38,606 bases of DNA from Bacteroidota bacterium (GTDB taxonomy: Bacteria > Bacteroidota > Ignavibacteria > UBA10030 > UBA8401), in the NCBI GenBank assembly GCA_023229405.1, contig JALNZH010000002.1, forward strand, positions 1 to 38,606. Reading direction: 5' to 3'. Positions within the stretch are counted from its first letter, which is position 1. The number at the start of each line of letters is the position of its first letter. Below, in pieces: positions 1-9,177 of this stretch. A model generated the notes under the pieces. The model was not told the origin of the DNA and did not search any database. It saw only the letters and a list, made by a program, of their open reading frames with translations. The position numbers and the translations under genes were made by a program.

Positions 1-109
1 GGAAAGGATGCGTCTCCCGATAGGGATGCCTTCGGCAGAAGGATGACTTAACTATCTTAGCCTGCGCCTTGCTCACCATGACCGTTTTTCTTGTTTTGCA
101 TAACGTGAG
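1..109. repeat. Left arm of a 109-nt inverted repeat (REP-like modular palindromic element), truncated by the window edge
   Basis: Reverse complement of 10231..10339 with 105/109 matches (manual alignment). Built from short GC-rich palindromes (tccc..ggga, tgcc..ggca). Confidence 0.85.
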
Positions 110-274
110 AGAATAATAAGAATTATAACAAATTAGTCCTCTGGTTCGAGAGCAGTAAAAAATTAACTTGCGTGTTGTGCCGCAGAATGCTAAGTTTCGG
201 TACCAATCCCGCAAGACGGGTAACATACCGTGCTATTCAGGCCTGATGTAAATTAATAGCATTGAGTATGATCT

Positions 275-311
275 AATCCCAGAACAGAGAGACTATTCTG
301 GGATTTTTTTT
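275..311 (+). terminator. Rho-independent terminator with no coding gene upstream in the window
   Basis: 10-bp stem aatcccagaa/ttctgggatt (275-284/296-305), 11-nt loop, then a T-run to 311. Confidence 0.7.
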
Positions 312-694
312 GATGTGATGATGTACAGCTGGCTCACTGTTTTTGTTCTGTCTCCAGGACTATGGGTACGAAACATTTTCGTAATTACACTTTTCTCAGA
401 ACCACCCACCGGCAGATATTTCAGCCTGTCAGTGAAATTTCCAACTCGATTGCAATGATGGTACGATTCGGAGCCACAGTGCATTTCCTTCGTCGATTAT
501 CCTCATTTTGTATCAACTGTGTTAACTATAACACAGGTGTATCGAGTATATTTTGAAAGAATTTCGAAGTTTCTCATTTTTAATACAGAGAATATTTAAA
601 AGATTACAGCGATTGCATGCGGGTCACGGAAACGAACAATGCTTCACCGTAAAGGACATTGATTTCTACAGAACACAATGAAAGGAAAGCAAAA

Positions 695-1501
695 ATGAAA
701 CGAACTTTTGTATTGCTGACCGGCGTTATTTTTGCCGCACTGTTTCCGTTTTGCGAGAAGACGATCACCGACAGCGAAGGAAAAGAAATGTGCCTGGATG
801 AATACATCGCAAAGACAGGGAAGGATAGGAGTCTTATTGAAGAAGAGGCACGCAGCCGTGGTATAGAAGCAAGCGCGGTGCTGCTGGAATTGTATAAGAC
901 TGTGACGGGTGTTGCCGATGTTATATTTGACTGCGGCGCTTCGCAACTGTACGATCCGCTCTGCGACAGCACCGGCGGCGAATACTCAAAGGCAGGTACG
1001 CCGACTATCGCTTTGGAAAAGATCGAAGATTATATTGGCGATATGCCGCAGGACAGTATTGATTTGGTATTTATGCTGGACGCTACCGGTTCTATGAGTG
1101 ATGATATTCTTGAAGTAAAGAAAAAACTCTCTTCCATCATTGCGGTATTATCGGGTAAATATGCGAGGATTTCTATGGTGATGTTCCGAGATAAGAATGT
1201 GGATTCTGTATGGTACGCGCGAAACACAAATAATCTGATTGCTGCTGGTAGTTCTGAACTGCCGGCATTTTTAGGAACGATACAGCCGACAGGTGGCGGG
1301 GATTTTCCAGAATCAATGTTTGATGCTGCGCATAAAACGATCACGGAACTACAGTGGAAATCGAAAGGCCGTCTGCTTGTAGTGATGACGGATGCCGGTC
1401 CGTTAACGGGAAGCAAAACGCAATATACGCTTCAAAATATCACCGACCTTTGCATCGAAAAGAAGGTGGTTCCGTTTGTAGTGCTTGTGAGTGTAAAATA
1501 A
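695..1501 (+). CDS. Secreted/lipoprotein von Willebrand factor A (vWA) domain protein
   Basis: ORF 659..1501. ATG at 695 is preceded by aaaggaaag. N-terminal signal MKRTFVLLTGVIFAALFPFC. MIDAS-like VFMLDATGSMSDD and later LLVVMTDAGP are typical of vWA folds. Confidence 0.75.
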   Translation: MKRTFVLLTGVIFAALFPFCEKTITDSEGKEMCLDEYIAKTGKDRSLIEEEARSRGIEASAVLLELYKTVTGVADVIFDCGASQLYDPLCDSTGGEYSKAGTPTIALEKIEDYIGDMPQDSIDLVFMLDATGSMSDDILEVKKKLSSIIAVLSGKYARISMVMFRDKNVDSVWYARNTNNLIAAGSSELPAFLGTIQPTGGGDFPESMFDAAHKTITELQWKSKGRLLVVMTDAGPLTGSKTQYTLQNITDLCIEKKVVPFVVLVSVK

Positions 1502-2235
1502 AAATAGCGGCTGAGGCAATGGTTGGGATGGTACGGATGGTTGCGTATACGTAATCAAATGAAATGTTAAAACCGAACAGTATTGCTCAATATAAATCAG
1601 TTTCTGTTGTTAAAAATATCAAACATGAGTTTATACTTGTCCAAAATAAATCATACAAGAGAAAAACTTATTCCTTCTTTTCTTGACGGGGTTCCGAAGG
1701 AATGCCAACATGGTATAAAGATTTGGTCGGCACAAGAAAAGAAGCACAAAAACCCCTTGCGACATGTAACGCACGCGATGAATCCCGTTCGCACTTGTCC
1801 GTAGATGGCAAATAATGTCATCAAAAGTCCCTTCATGATTTCAGACTCCCCTCTGTATCTCCCCCTTGGTAGGGGGAGAAAAAGCTCACTCAATCCTCCT
1901 AAATTTCGCTCCTTCCCACATCTTATCCGACACTGTAAGAAATGTAGGGGAGGGCTTATTTTTCTCAACATAACATATCTTCCATACATCCACCTGTTTC
2001 GATAAATTTTTGTCAATAAAGGTTTTATTTTTGGATAGCTATGACATGAGTTTATAAGTAAAAATATCTCGCAATTTCGCATACGGTTTCCAGTGGATTA
2101 TAATACAACCGATTCATTTGTAAATGATTTATTATTTGCTGCCACCGCGTCACCTCCTTCGGCATATAATTGGTCACCATTCTTATTGCTTAAACGGAAA
2201 AATATTACCACCAATATTCAGTCGACTGATGTTGA

Positions 2236-2508
2236 CCAATCAGGGCTACTCTATCTTCAATTCTATCCAATCCCTTCAACAATTCTGCAAAAATTCAATT
2301 TCAATTACGTAAACCATCCTACACCAATGTAGTAGTGTATAACACTTTGGGCCAAAGCGTTGTGACTTTGTTAACCGGCATAGCCCAAGCAAATAAACTC
2401 TACACATTAAACTTTCAATCAAGGGGTTTAACACGCGGGATGTATTTCTGTATCCTGAAACACCAGAGTGGATTGTCTGTTGCCGAACTTATTTTTTCCC
2501 AAATATAA
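2236..2508 (+). pseudogene. Orphan T9SS C-terminal sorting domain (passenger domain lost)
   Basis: The frame opens after TGA 2233-2235 with no start codon. Translation ..SNPFNNSAKIQFQLRKPSYTNVVVYNTLGQSVVTLL..GMYFCILKHQSGLSVAELIFSQI* is a complete Por-type tail. All upstream frames are full of stops. Confidence 0.65.
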
Positions 2509-2822
2509 GTTCGGATGGATAAGATATAGAGACGATTCCACTGAAAGACACTATTGCTCAGAAACTGATTCAAAAACAAAAGCTAATTTTTCACCATTGT
2601 TATTCTCGTTTGCCTTGCGCACCTGTGGCGGGTACACCGGCAGGCAGGGATACTTTACCACTAGACTCCCGATAGAAACATTCGGGAGAGACAATGGAGT
2701 TTTTGAGATCAGTGCTCAGTTGTTATTTCGCCGCTTCGTCATACTTTTCATTAGATGTTGGGTGTTGTTTTTGGGATGAATCCGTTTTAGATTGTACTGT
2801 TCTTTATCACTCAGGGGGCTGT

Positions 2823-3380
2823 TTGAAAACGAAGGACAGAATACTCATCATTGATGATGATCAGATGTTTCTGGGGATGGTGCAGTCGATGCTGCACGAC
2901 GAAGGATACGAAATTGCTGCCAATACCAACGTGCGCGAAGGATTGGAGAGACTAGACCGGTTCGATCCCGACGTTTTGATTCTGGACTGGCAGATGCCGG
3001 GTATTACGGGAATTGAAGCGATCGACATGATCCGCAAACAACAGAAGTATGACAGTCTCTATATTATAATGCTCTCCGGCAAAATCATGACGGACAATAT
3101 CGTCACAGCGATTACAGCCGGCGCGGATGATTACGTCATCAAACCATTCTCTTCCGAGGAACTGATGGCAAGAGTTTTGAACGGTGTTCGGAGCCGGAGA
3201 CGTCGTTCGCTTGGCAACGAAAACAGGGAAGCCATCTTGAAAGGTCTGCAGAAGATCGAAACTCTTTCTCAGCAACTTGCCAACACAAGTGCAAAGGATA
3301 AACGCTCTTCCTCTTGGAATACCGATATCAGGGTGATTGTGTCGGATCTGAAGGATCTGTTGAAATCGTATTCCTCATGA
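2823..3380 (+). CDS. Stand-alone CheY-like receiver protein with a helical C-terminal tail
   Basis: ORF 2694..3380 has no ATG before the receiver. An in-frame TTG at 2823 follows cagggggc. Motifs ILIIDDD, DVLILDWQMPGITG, MLSGK and ADDYVIKPF. No output domain recognised. Confidence 0.8.
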   Translation: MKTKDRILIIDDDQMFLGMVQSMLHDEGYEIAANTNVREGLERLDRFDPDVLILDWQMPGITGIEAIDMIRKQQKYDSLYIIMLSGKIMTDNIVTAITAGADDYVIKPFSSEELMARVLNGVRSRRRRSLGNENREAILKGLQKIETLSQQLANTSAKDKRSSSWNTDIRVIVSDLKDLLKSYSS

Positions 3381-3439
3381 AGAGAACATCTGCATTTGTG
3401 TCGCACAGTTGAATCACGCTCATACAAAAATCCATCAGT

Positions 3440-5671
3440 ATGAATACTGAAGCTCATCAGGCGAAACAAGAGTCATCTTCGTGGAGCGGTGATGTGTGGG
3501 GAGGATTGGCAGCGATGCTGGTTGCACTCCCTTCGTCCATCGCGTTTGGAGTGTTGACCTATTCTGTTATGGGGGCTGAATATTCCGGTGTGGGTGCGAT
3601 GTCCGGTATGCTCGGTGCCGCCGCTCTAGGACTTGTTGCACCATTCTTTGGCAAAACCGGCGGACTTATCTCAGCGCCCTGTGCACCGTCCGCAGCCGTT
3701 CTGTCTGCGCTGATTGCCGGTTTAATTGCCGGCAAGGCCAGTACCGGACTTGCTCCGGAACACATCTTTGTCCTCCTTGCGCTTACCGCTCTGCTTGCCG
3801 CAGGACTTCAGATATTCTACGGCGCTATCGGCGGTGGACGCTTAATCAAATTTATTCCCTACCCTGTTGTCAGCGGGTATCTCTCCGGCGTTGGTGTGTT
3901 GATTGCCCTTGGTCAAATTCCGAAACTATTCGGTTATGCCAAAGGGATTTCGCTCTATCAGGGATTAACCTCACCGGAACTCTGGAAATGGGAAGGACTT
4001 GCGGTCGGGATTGTTACCATCGTTCTGATGGGATTAGCGCCGCGGATGACAAAAAAAATTCCTGCTGCTATCCTGGGACTTCTTGGAGGAATTGGTTTTT
4101 ATTTTGTCCTCGCATTCTTTTCGCCATCGATGCTAACTCTCTCCAGTAATCCGCTCATCATCGGTCCTATACAGACATCCGGTTCTTTCTTCGATGTTGC
4201 AGCGAACAGAATGACTTCATTATTTTCCATTGACGTTGCTTCCATCCAGCTTATTATCGTCCCCGCTCTTACTCTTTCAGTGTTACTATCAATCGACACA
4301 CTAAAAACTTGCGTCGGGCTCGACGCACTTACACGGAGCCGGCATAATTCAGACCGGGAATTGATGGGGCAGGGAATTGGTAACTTTGCATCATTTCTTG
4401 TCGGTGGTATGCCGGGCGCAGGAACGATGGGGCCGACACTTGTGAATATTACGAGCGGCGGTCGCACCCCTCGTTCAGGATTTATTGAAGGAATATTTGT
4501 TGTCCTTGCCATTCTTCTCTTAAGCCAGTTGATAGCGTGGGTTCCTATCGGCGCACTTGCCGGCATTCTACTTGTTATTGCGTGGAGGATGTTTGACAAA
4601 AGCATGTTTCGACTGTTGAGATATCCCGAAGGACGGTTGGATTTTGCCGTGATTGCAGGAGTTGTGCTTGTTTCGATGACAGTCGATTTGATTGCAGCTT
4701 CCGGTGTTGGTATTGCACTTGCAATTTTGTTGTTCATCAGGGATCAGATTCACGGTTCGGTTATTCGCCGGAAACTGTACCTGAACCAGATATCGTCAAA
4801 AACTCTCCGCTGTGATGCGGAACGGGAAATACTCAACATGCAAGGGGATCAGGGGGTGTTCTGTGAGCTGCAAGGAAATCTTTTTTTCGGCACCACCGAT
4901 CAACTATTCACTCAGCTCAATACCGACCTGCGAACAAAACGATACATTCTGCTAGACATGCGACGGGTTCAATCTCTGGATTATACAGCTGCGCACATGT
5001 TCGAACAGATGCACGAACAGTTGGCCGAACGCGGCGGACAACTGGTGTTTAGCGGCATGCCTTCAGGATTGCTGGATGAGCGAAACTTTGAACACTATTT
5101 ATCCCAATTGGGTGTCGTCAGTGAAGAAGCGGGAGTAATGATTTCGGAAACTCTGGACGGTGCACTGGAATGGATGGAAGAACGCATTCTCGAAAACGCT
5201 GGTGCAAGCAAAGAAGTGGAGGAGCATTTACTTGATGCAAAAGATTTCGATCTGTTCCGTGAATTCGACGAACGAACAATCAACGAACTGAGAACATGTA
5301 TGAGCGAACTGTCGCTTGCGCCGGAGGAGAAGATCTTCTCGCAGGGAGATGTTGCGGATGAGATCTTTCTGGTACGGCGCGGAAGCGTTCGTGTGATGCT
5401 TCCTCTTGAACGGGGGAAACGTCATCATCTTGCCACTATCGGTACCGGAAATTTTTTTGGTGAACTGGCATTTCTTGATAAGGGAGTCCGCTCTGCTGAT
5501 GTGGAAGCAAAAGTCCCCACGGATCTCTATATCCTTTCCCGTGCACGGTTTAATGAACAGTCCAGATCCAATCCCACCTTCGGCGTTCAAGTCTTCGCCC
5601 GCCTGGCGCACGCTATTGCGTTGCGGCTTCGTCAAACAGATGCCGAGTTAAGAGTGCTTGAAGAGCGGTAA
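3440..5671 (+). CDS. SulP/SLC26-family anion transporter fused to STAS and a cyclic-nucleotide-binding domain
   Basis: About a dozen hydrophobic segments in the N-terminal 430 aa. STAS-like GVFCELQGNLFFGTTDQL..LLDMRRVQSLDYTAAHM. C-terminal cNMP motif FGELAFLDKGVRSADVEA. Confidence 0.85.
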   Translation: MNTEAHQAKQESSSWSGDVWGGLAAMLVALPSSIAFGVLTYSVMGAEYSGVGAMSGMLGAAALGLVAPFFGKTGGLISAPCAPSAAVLSALIAGLIAGKASTGLAPEHIFVLLALTALLAAGLQIFYGAIGGGRLIKFIPYPVVSGYLSGVGVLIALGQIPKLFGYAKGISLYQGLTSPELWKWEGLAVGIVTIVLMGLAPRMTKKIPAAILGLLGGIGFYFVLAFFSPSMLTLSSNPLIIGPIQTSGSFFDVAANRMTSLFSIDVASIQLIIVPALTLSVLLSIDTLKTCVGLDALTRSRHNSDRELMGQGIGNFASFLVGGMPGAGTMGPTLVNITSGGRTPRSGFIEGIFVVLAILLLSQLIAWVPIGALAGILLVIAWRMFDKSMFRLLRYPEGRLDFAVIAGVVLVSMTVDLIAASGVGIALAILLFIRDQIHGSVIRRKLYLNQISSKTLRCDAEREILNMQGDQGVFCELQGNLFFGTTDQLFTQLNTDLRTKRYILLDMRRVQSLDYTAAHMFEQMHEQLAERGGQLVFSGMPSGLLDERNFEHYLSQLGVVSEEAGVMISETLDGALEWMEERILENAGASKEVEEHLLDAKDFDLFREFDERTINELRTCMSELSLAPEEKIFSQGDVADEIFLVRRGSVRVMLPLERGKRHHLATIGTGNFFGELAFLDKGVRSADVEAKVPTDLYILSRARFNEQSRSNPTFGVQVFARLAHAIALRLRQTDAELRVLEER

Positions 5672-6016
5672 ACTAATAATGATGGAGAATATTTCATTCT
5701 GGAGCATTATTCTACGGTAGATCATTAAGGGTTAGTCTTTCCAAATATAATAGACAAATCTAGAATATTTATTAGAAGTGGATTCAAAATTGCTTTTATC
5801 GTTATTCCGAACGGAGACCCGCCACGAAGTGGTCATGGAGGGAAAGGGTCGAGTGAGGAATCTGGGTTTGATTTTGAGTGTAAAAACAAGATTTCTTATC
5901 CCACAGATTAAAGGTGCCGTGGCGGTATTCGAAATGGCAATAAGTGGTGTTTTTGAGGCCACTTCTAATTCTCTTTTAAATTTTGTTTTTGGTTTACGAT
6001 TAACGTTACGAAAGTA

Positions 6017-6085
6017 GAAATTTGCGAACCGCAGTATCGAACGCGGGATATTTGTTTAAAACAATAATTCCACAATTACCACGTT
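6017..6085 (+). repeat. Repeat family copy A (5' part only), directly upstream of CDS 6115
   Basis: About 68 nt matching 7751..7819 with about 4 mismatches (gaaatttgcgaaccgcagtatcgaacgcgggatatttgtttaaaacaataattccacaattaccacg). Lacks the 3' hairpin arm. Confidence 0.85.
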
Positions 6086-6114
6086 CGTCACTATTAGAAT
6101 AAGGAGAAAGGTGT

Positions 6115-7710
6115 ATGTATTTTGTCTATCGTCTAAATAATCTTCTGATATATATTCTATTGCCATTATTTGTTATTAAAGGTGATGTTTATTCCCAAGA
6201 ATTGCAGAAGTATTTTAATAATCATGACATTCATCAAGTGTTTTTGCAACAGAATATTTATATGCAGGAGTTTGATATTCAAAATATTTATGCCGGCACA
6301 AAAATATTTATTGATACAACGGTGCAAAACCACTTTGTGCCGAATATATTGTTAAATAGCAAAAGAAGTAATAATAGAAACTCTCAAACGAGTACGCATG
6401 TTGTTGACACAGTATTTATTATAAAATCGAACGTTACCGTAAGGTATATTTATTCTTACAACAACATTGAGATTATTGAAGAATTATCCCAGCAATTGGT
6501 AAATAATCTCTGGACAAATAGTGGACGGGTAACAAAAAAATACGATGCAAACGATCATTGCGTAACGAATTTGATTGAACAATGGATAAATAACCAATGG
6601 GTCAACAACCTTCACATGTCCTATACATATGATGCAAAGGGAAATTTGCTATCGCAAATCTGGGAACTTTGGACAAACAATCAATGGATTAATCTTGTAC
6701 GATTTACTAATACTTATGATGGCAACAATAATATGCTTACCTACTCCGCTGAGGGTTGGGGAAATGGCCAATGGAATAAAGATTACCGCTATTCGTATAC
6801 TTATACTGCAAAGGGATTTCAGAGTTCGCAAGTATATCAACAGGGTACGAATAACCAATGGGCAAATGTCCGTCAATACACCTATTCCTATAATGTAAAC
6901 GGATATTTGCTATCATATTTACATCAAAAATGGTCGAATAGCCAATGGGTAAAAAATAATCAGGCAACATATACGTATGATGCAAGCGGTAATCAGATAT
7001 TAGAATTTTATCAACAATGGAATGTAAATGCTTGGGTAAACAGTGCTCGCTATACTAGCACATATGATGCAAGTGGCAATTTGACAACAAAGTTGAATGA
7101 GCAATGGACTGGAAATCAATGGGCTTCCTTTTTTCGATATTCATATTCCTACGACATTAATGGTAATCAGACTTCGTTTTTATTTGAGGAAAGAAAAAAT
7201 AACCAGTGGGTGAATAGTGCTCGACAGACGTACAAATTTTTATTGGTTAGCCTATTATCAGAAGGAACGTACGAAGAATGGAAAGATTCAGTATGGATAC
7301 CTTCGAATGGGAATTTCTATGCATCCGACAACGCCGGTAACTATTTTTCATATAACTGCCACAGAATTAATTTTATCTATAAATTAATAGTGACCAGTGT
7401 AAATCAAAACAACGGATTAAAATTAAATCAATATTTTCTAAATCAAAATTTCCCAAATCCATTCAATCCGTCAACCACAATACTTTTTAGAGTACCTGAA
7501 CGAAGTGATGTGAGAATTACCATTTTTAATACTCTCGGTCAAATAATCTCTGAGATTCTGAACGAAACGAAAGAGGCGGGTTTGCATGAACACGAATTCA
7601 AGGCGTCCGAACTATCATCTGGAATATACTATTACAAGATTGAAGCTGTCTCAGAACAGAATCCAGGGAGAGTGTTTGTTGATACGAAGAGGATGGCCTT
7701 GATTAAATAA
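6115..7710 (+). CDS. T9SS-sorted secreted protein built of ~29-aa Trp/YD-like repeats
   Basis: RBS aaggag at 6101. Signal peptide present. Eight to nine units of NNQW(V/I)N..R.(T/S)Y(T/S)YD(A)(S/K)GN. C-terminal tail NQNFPNPFNPSTTILFRVPE..GIYYYKIEAV..KRMALIK. Confidence 0.8.
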   Translation: MYFVYRLNNLLIYILLPLFVIKGDVYSQELQKYFNNHDIHQVFLQQNIYMQEFDIQNIYAGTKIFIDTTVQNHFVPNILLNSKRSNNRNSQTSTHVVDTVFIIKSNVTVRYIYSYNNIEIIEELSQQLVNNLWTNSGRVTKKYDANDHCVTNLIEQWINNQWVNNLHMSYTYDAKGNLLSQIWELWTNNQWINLVRFTNTYDGNNNMLTYSAEGWGNGQWNKDYRYSYTYTAKGFQSSQVYQQGTNNQWANVRQYTYSYNVNGYLLSYLHQKWSNSQWVKNNQATYTYDASGNQILEFYQQWNVNAWVNSARYTSTYDASGNLTTKLNEQWTGNQWASFFRYSYSYDINGNQTSFLFEERKNNQWVNSARQTYKFLLVSLLSEGTYEEWKDSVWIPSNGNFYASDNAGNYFSYNCHRINFIYKLIVTSVNQNNGLKLNQYFLNQNFPNPFNPSTTILFRVPERSDVRITIFNTLGQIISEILNETKEAGLHEHEFKASELSSGIYYYKIEAVSEQNPGRVFVDTKRMALIK

Positions 7711-7750
7711 CCAGAACAATCAATCTCTGCTTTTAAAATTGTAGATTTAT

Positions 7751-7853
7751 GGAATTTGCGAACTGCGGTATCGAACGCGGGATATTTGTTTAAAACAATA
7801 ATTCCTCAATTACCACGGTCGGCAATTGAGGAATTATGTTGTGCTCCCAATGG
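7751..7853 (+). repeat. Repeat family copy B (most complete), just downstream of CDS 6115..7710
   Basis: 5' part equals copy A. Contains a perfect 14-bp hairpin 7798-7811/7824-7837 with a 12-nt loop. 3' part is homologous to 32041..32104. Confidence 0.85.
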
Positions 7854-8128
7854 TCTGTACCGAAGGAATCCATTTGAAAACCGTCGGTATTTTAGCTGAC
7901 GAACCGGTATTACAATCACCTTTTTAAAACAACATAGTTCAACTTAGCTGGTAGATCAGTTTTAACAAATTCTTTGTTCTACAAAATACAATTGGGTACA
8001 TTGCATGAAGGAAGTAGAAACATTGAGTCACGAACATTGTTCTCAAATTCCGATACTCCCGGACTCTTGATGCGCTATTGTGTTCAGAAGTTTTATTACT
8101 CACAAGCACATGTTATTTCGAATCCATT

Positions 8129-8815
8129 ATGATGCTACGAAACAAGCCACGGCAAAATAAAATCACTGTACCAAAAATCCGGATATTACTTATAGAAGAC
8201 AACCGTATTTTACGGGATGGCATCACTGCCATGATCAATGGACACAGCGATATTATCGTTGTAGCTGTTTCAAACGGAAGAGATCACACTTTATTAAAAG
8301 CACGTACAGTAAAACCGGATCTTGTGCTAATGGATTTTGGATTGGCGAGTCAAAACAGTTTGAGTGTTGTTCAGACCTTGAAAAATGATTTTCCTGCCAT
8401 CAAAATAATTGGAATGGGTCTCGTTCCCACCCAAATGGATATTATGGAATTTGTGCAAGCAGGGGCTGATGGTTTTATCCTAAAAAATGTAGCCGTGGGA
8501 GAAGTGATCAAAACAATTCGCGCGGTAGTTGCCGGAGAAAAATCACTTCCTCCTCCCATGACCGAATCGCTCTTTTCTCAAGTGGTGGAGCATGCCCTTT
8601 TGAAAGGGAAAAGAAACATTTCGAGTGCCATTAGAATGACCCTACGCGAAAAGGAAATTATTGCTTTAATTGTTGAGGGAATGAGTAACAAACATATTGC
8701 CGAAACACTTCATATTGCTACGTTTACCGTAAAAAGCCATGTGCATAATATATTGGAAAAATTAGCTTTGCACAGCCGGCTTCAGATTGCTATGCACGCC
8801 CGCGACGAAAAATAA
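8129..8815 (+). CDS. NarL/FixJ (LuxR-HTH) family response regulator, orphan, paralogue 1
   Basis: ORF 8078..8815 (TTG); first ATGs at 8129/8132. Receiver motifs IRILLIEDN, DLVLMD, GADGFILKN. HTH LREKEIIALIVEGMSNKHIAETLHIATFTVKSHVHNILEKL. Collinear with 13025..13750. Confidence 0.85.
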   Translation: MMLRNKPRQNKITVPKIRILLIEDNRILRDGITAMINGHSDIIVVAVSNGRDHTLLKARTVKPDLVLMDFGLASQNSLSVVQTLKNDFPAIKIIGMGLVPTQMDIMEFVQAGADGFILKNVAVGEVIKTIRAVVAGEKSLPPPMTESLFSQVVEHALLKGKRNISSAIRMTLREKEIIALIVEGMSNKHIAETLHIATFTVKSHVHNILEKLALHSRLQIAMHARDEK

Positions 8816-8978
8816 TTATACTTTCGTTTCGACCGATCCTCTCCGAAGCACTTCTCTGGAACATCCGCAGGATTTGACAGTATCACGTACAGCTGATATA
8901 CAACAGTTTTCTGAATTTGCGAGGTGAGCAATTACAAAATTGTTGTTTGTCCGACATTTATCGAAGCAAAGTATACTT

Positions 8979-9060
8979 AAGGATTAATTCCTTTTCCATC
9001 CTTTTGGACGATTACAATTGAATGCAATCATCGATATACTCATTCATAATTCAGAAGAGA
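8979..9060 (+). promoter_or_regulatory. Conserved bipartite upstream element, copy 1 (box1 8999-9015, N12, box2 9028-9046)
   Basis: aaggattaattccttttccaTCCTTTTGGACGATTAC-aattgaatgcaa-TCATCGATATACTCATTCAtaattcagaagag. Aligns with copies at 13982, 15114 and 15463. Lies about 118 nt before ATG 9178. Confidence 0.7.
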
Positions 9061-9177
9061 AAGTTACTCCTTCATCGAGTAATAGAAACAGTGCTGATGG
9101 GTGCTGAATTAATTTGCACGATCTTTCATTGATTGTGTGTTGTAAGAATATTCATGTAAAATATAAAAGGAACGGTA

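Noticed and set aside
1651-2082. 143-aa minus-strand ORF, the longest in the 1.5-2.2 kb gap
   Set aside because: It runs straight through the REP-like hairpin 1858-1879 (translated ..LPLPRGRYRGES..). It has no RBS and no recognisable motif, and overlapping ORFs occur in other frames. Treated as non-coding.
4099-4737. 212-aa ORF antisense to the SulP transporter
   Set aside because: A shadow ORF inside a well-supported CDS, with low-complexity composition and no independent start signals.
7791-7853. Integron attC site or gene cassette interpretation of the hairpin after gene 6115..7710
   Set aside because: The flanking sequences fit the RYYYAAC/GTTRRRY cores only partially (GTTTAAA.. / GTTGTGC). 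There is no intI integrase or cassette array in the window, and the upstream copy is a direct repeat rather than a second attC.
8999-9046. Assigning box1/box2 to a sigma-70 (-35/-10) or sigma-54 (GG-N10-GC) promoter
   Set aside because: TATACT in box2 is -10-like, but the best -35-like hexamers (TTGGAC/TTGGGC) lie 25 nt away. The hexamers at 17-nt spacing are poor (TTACAA/TTACTT). TGG in box1 is not followed by GC at the sigma-54 distance. The promoter class is left open.
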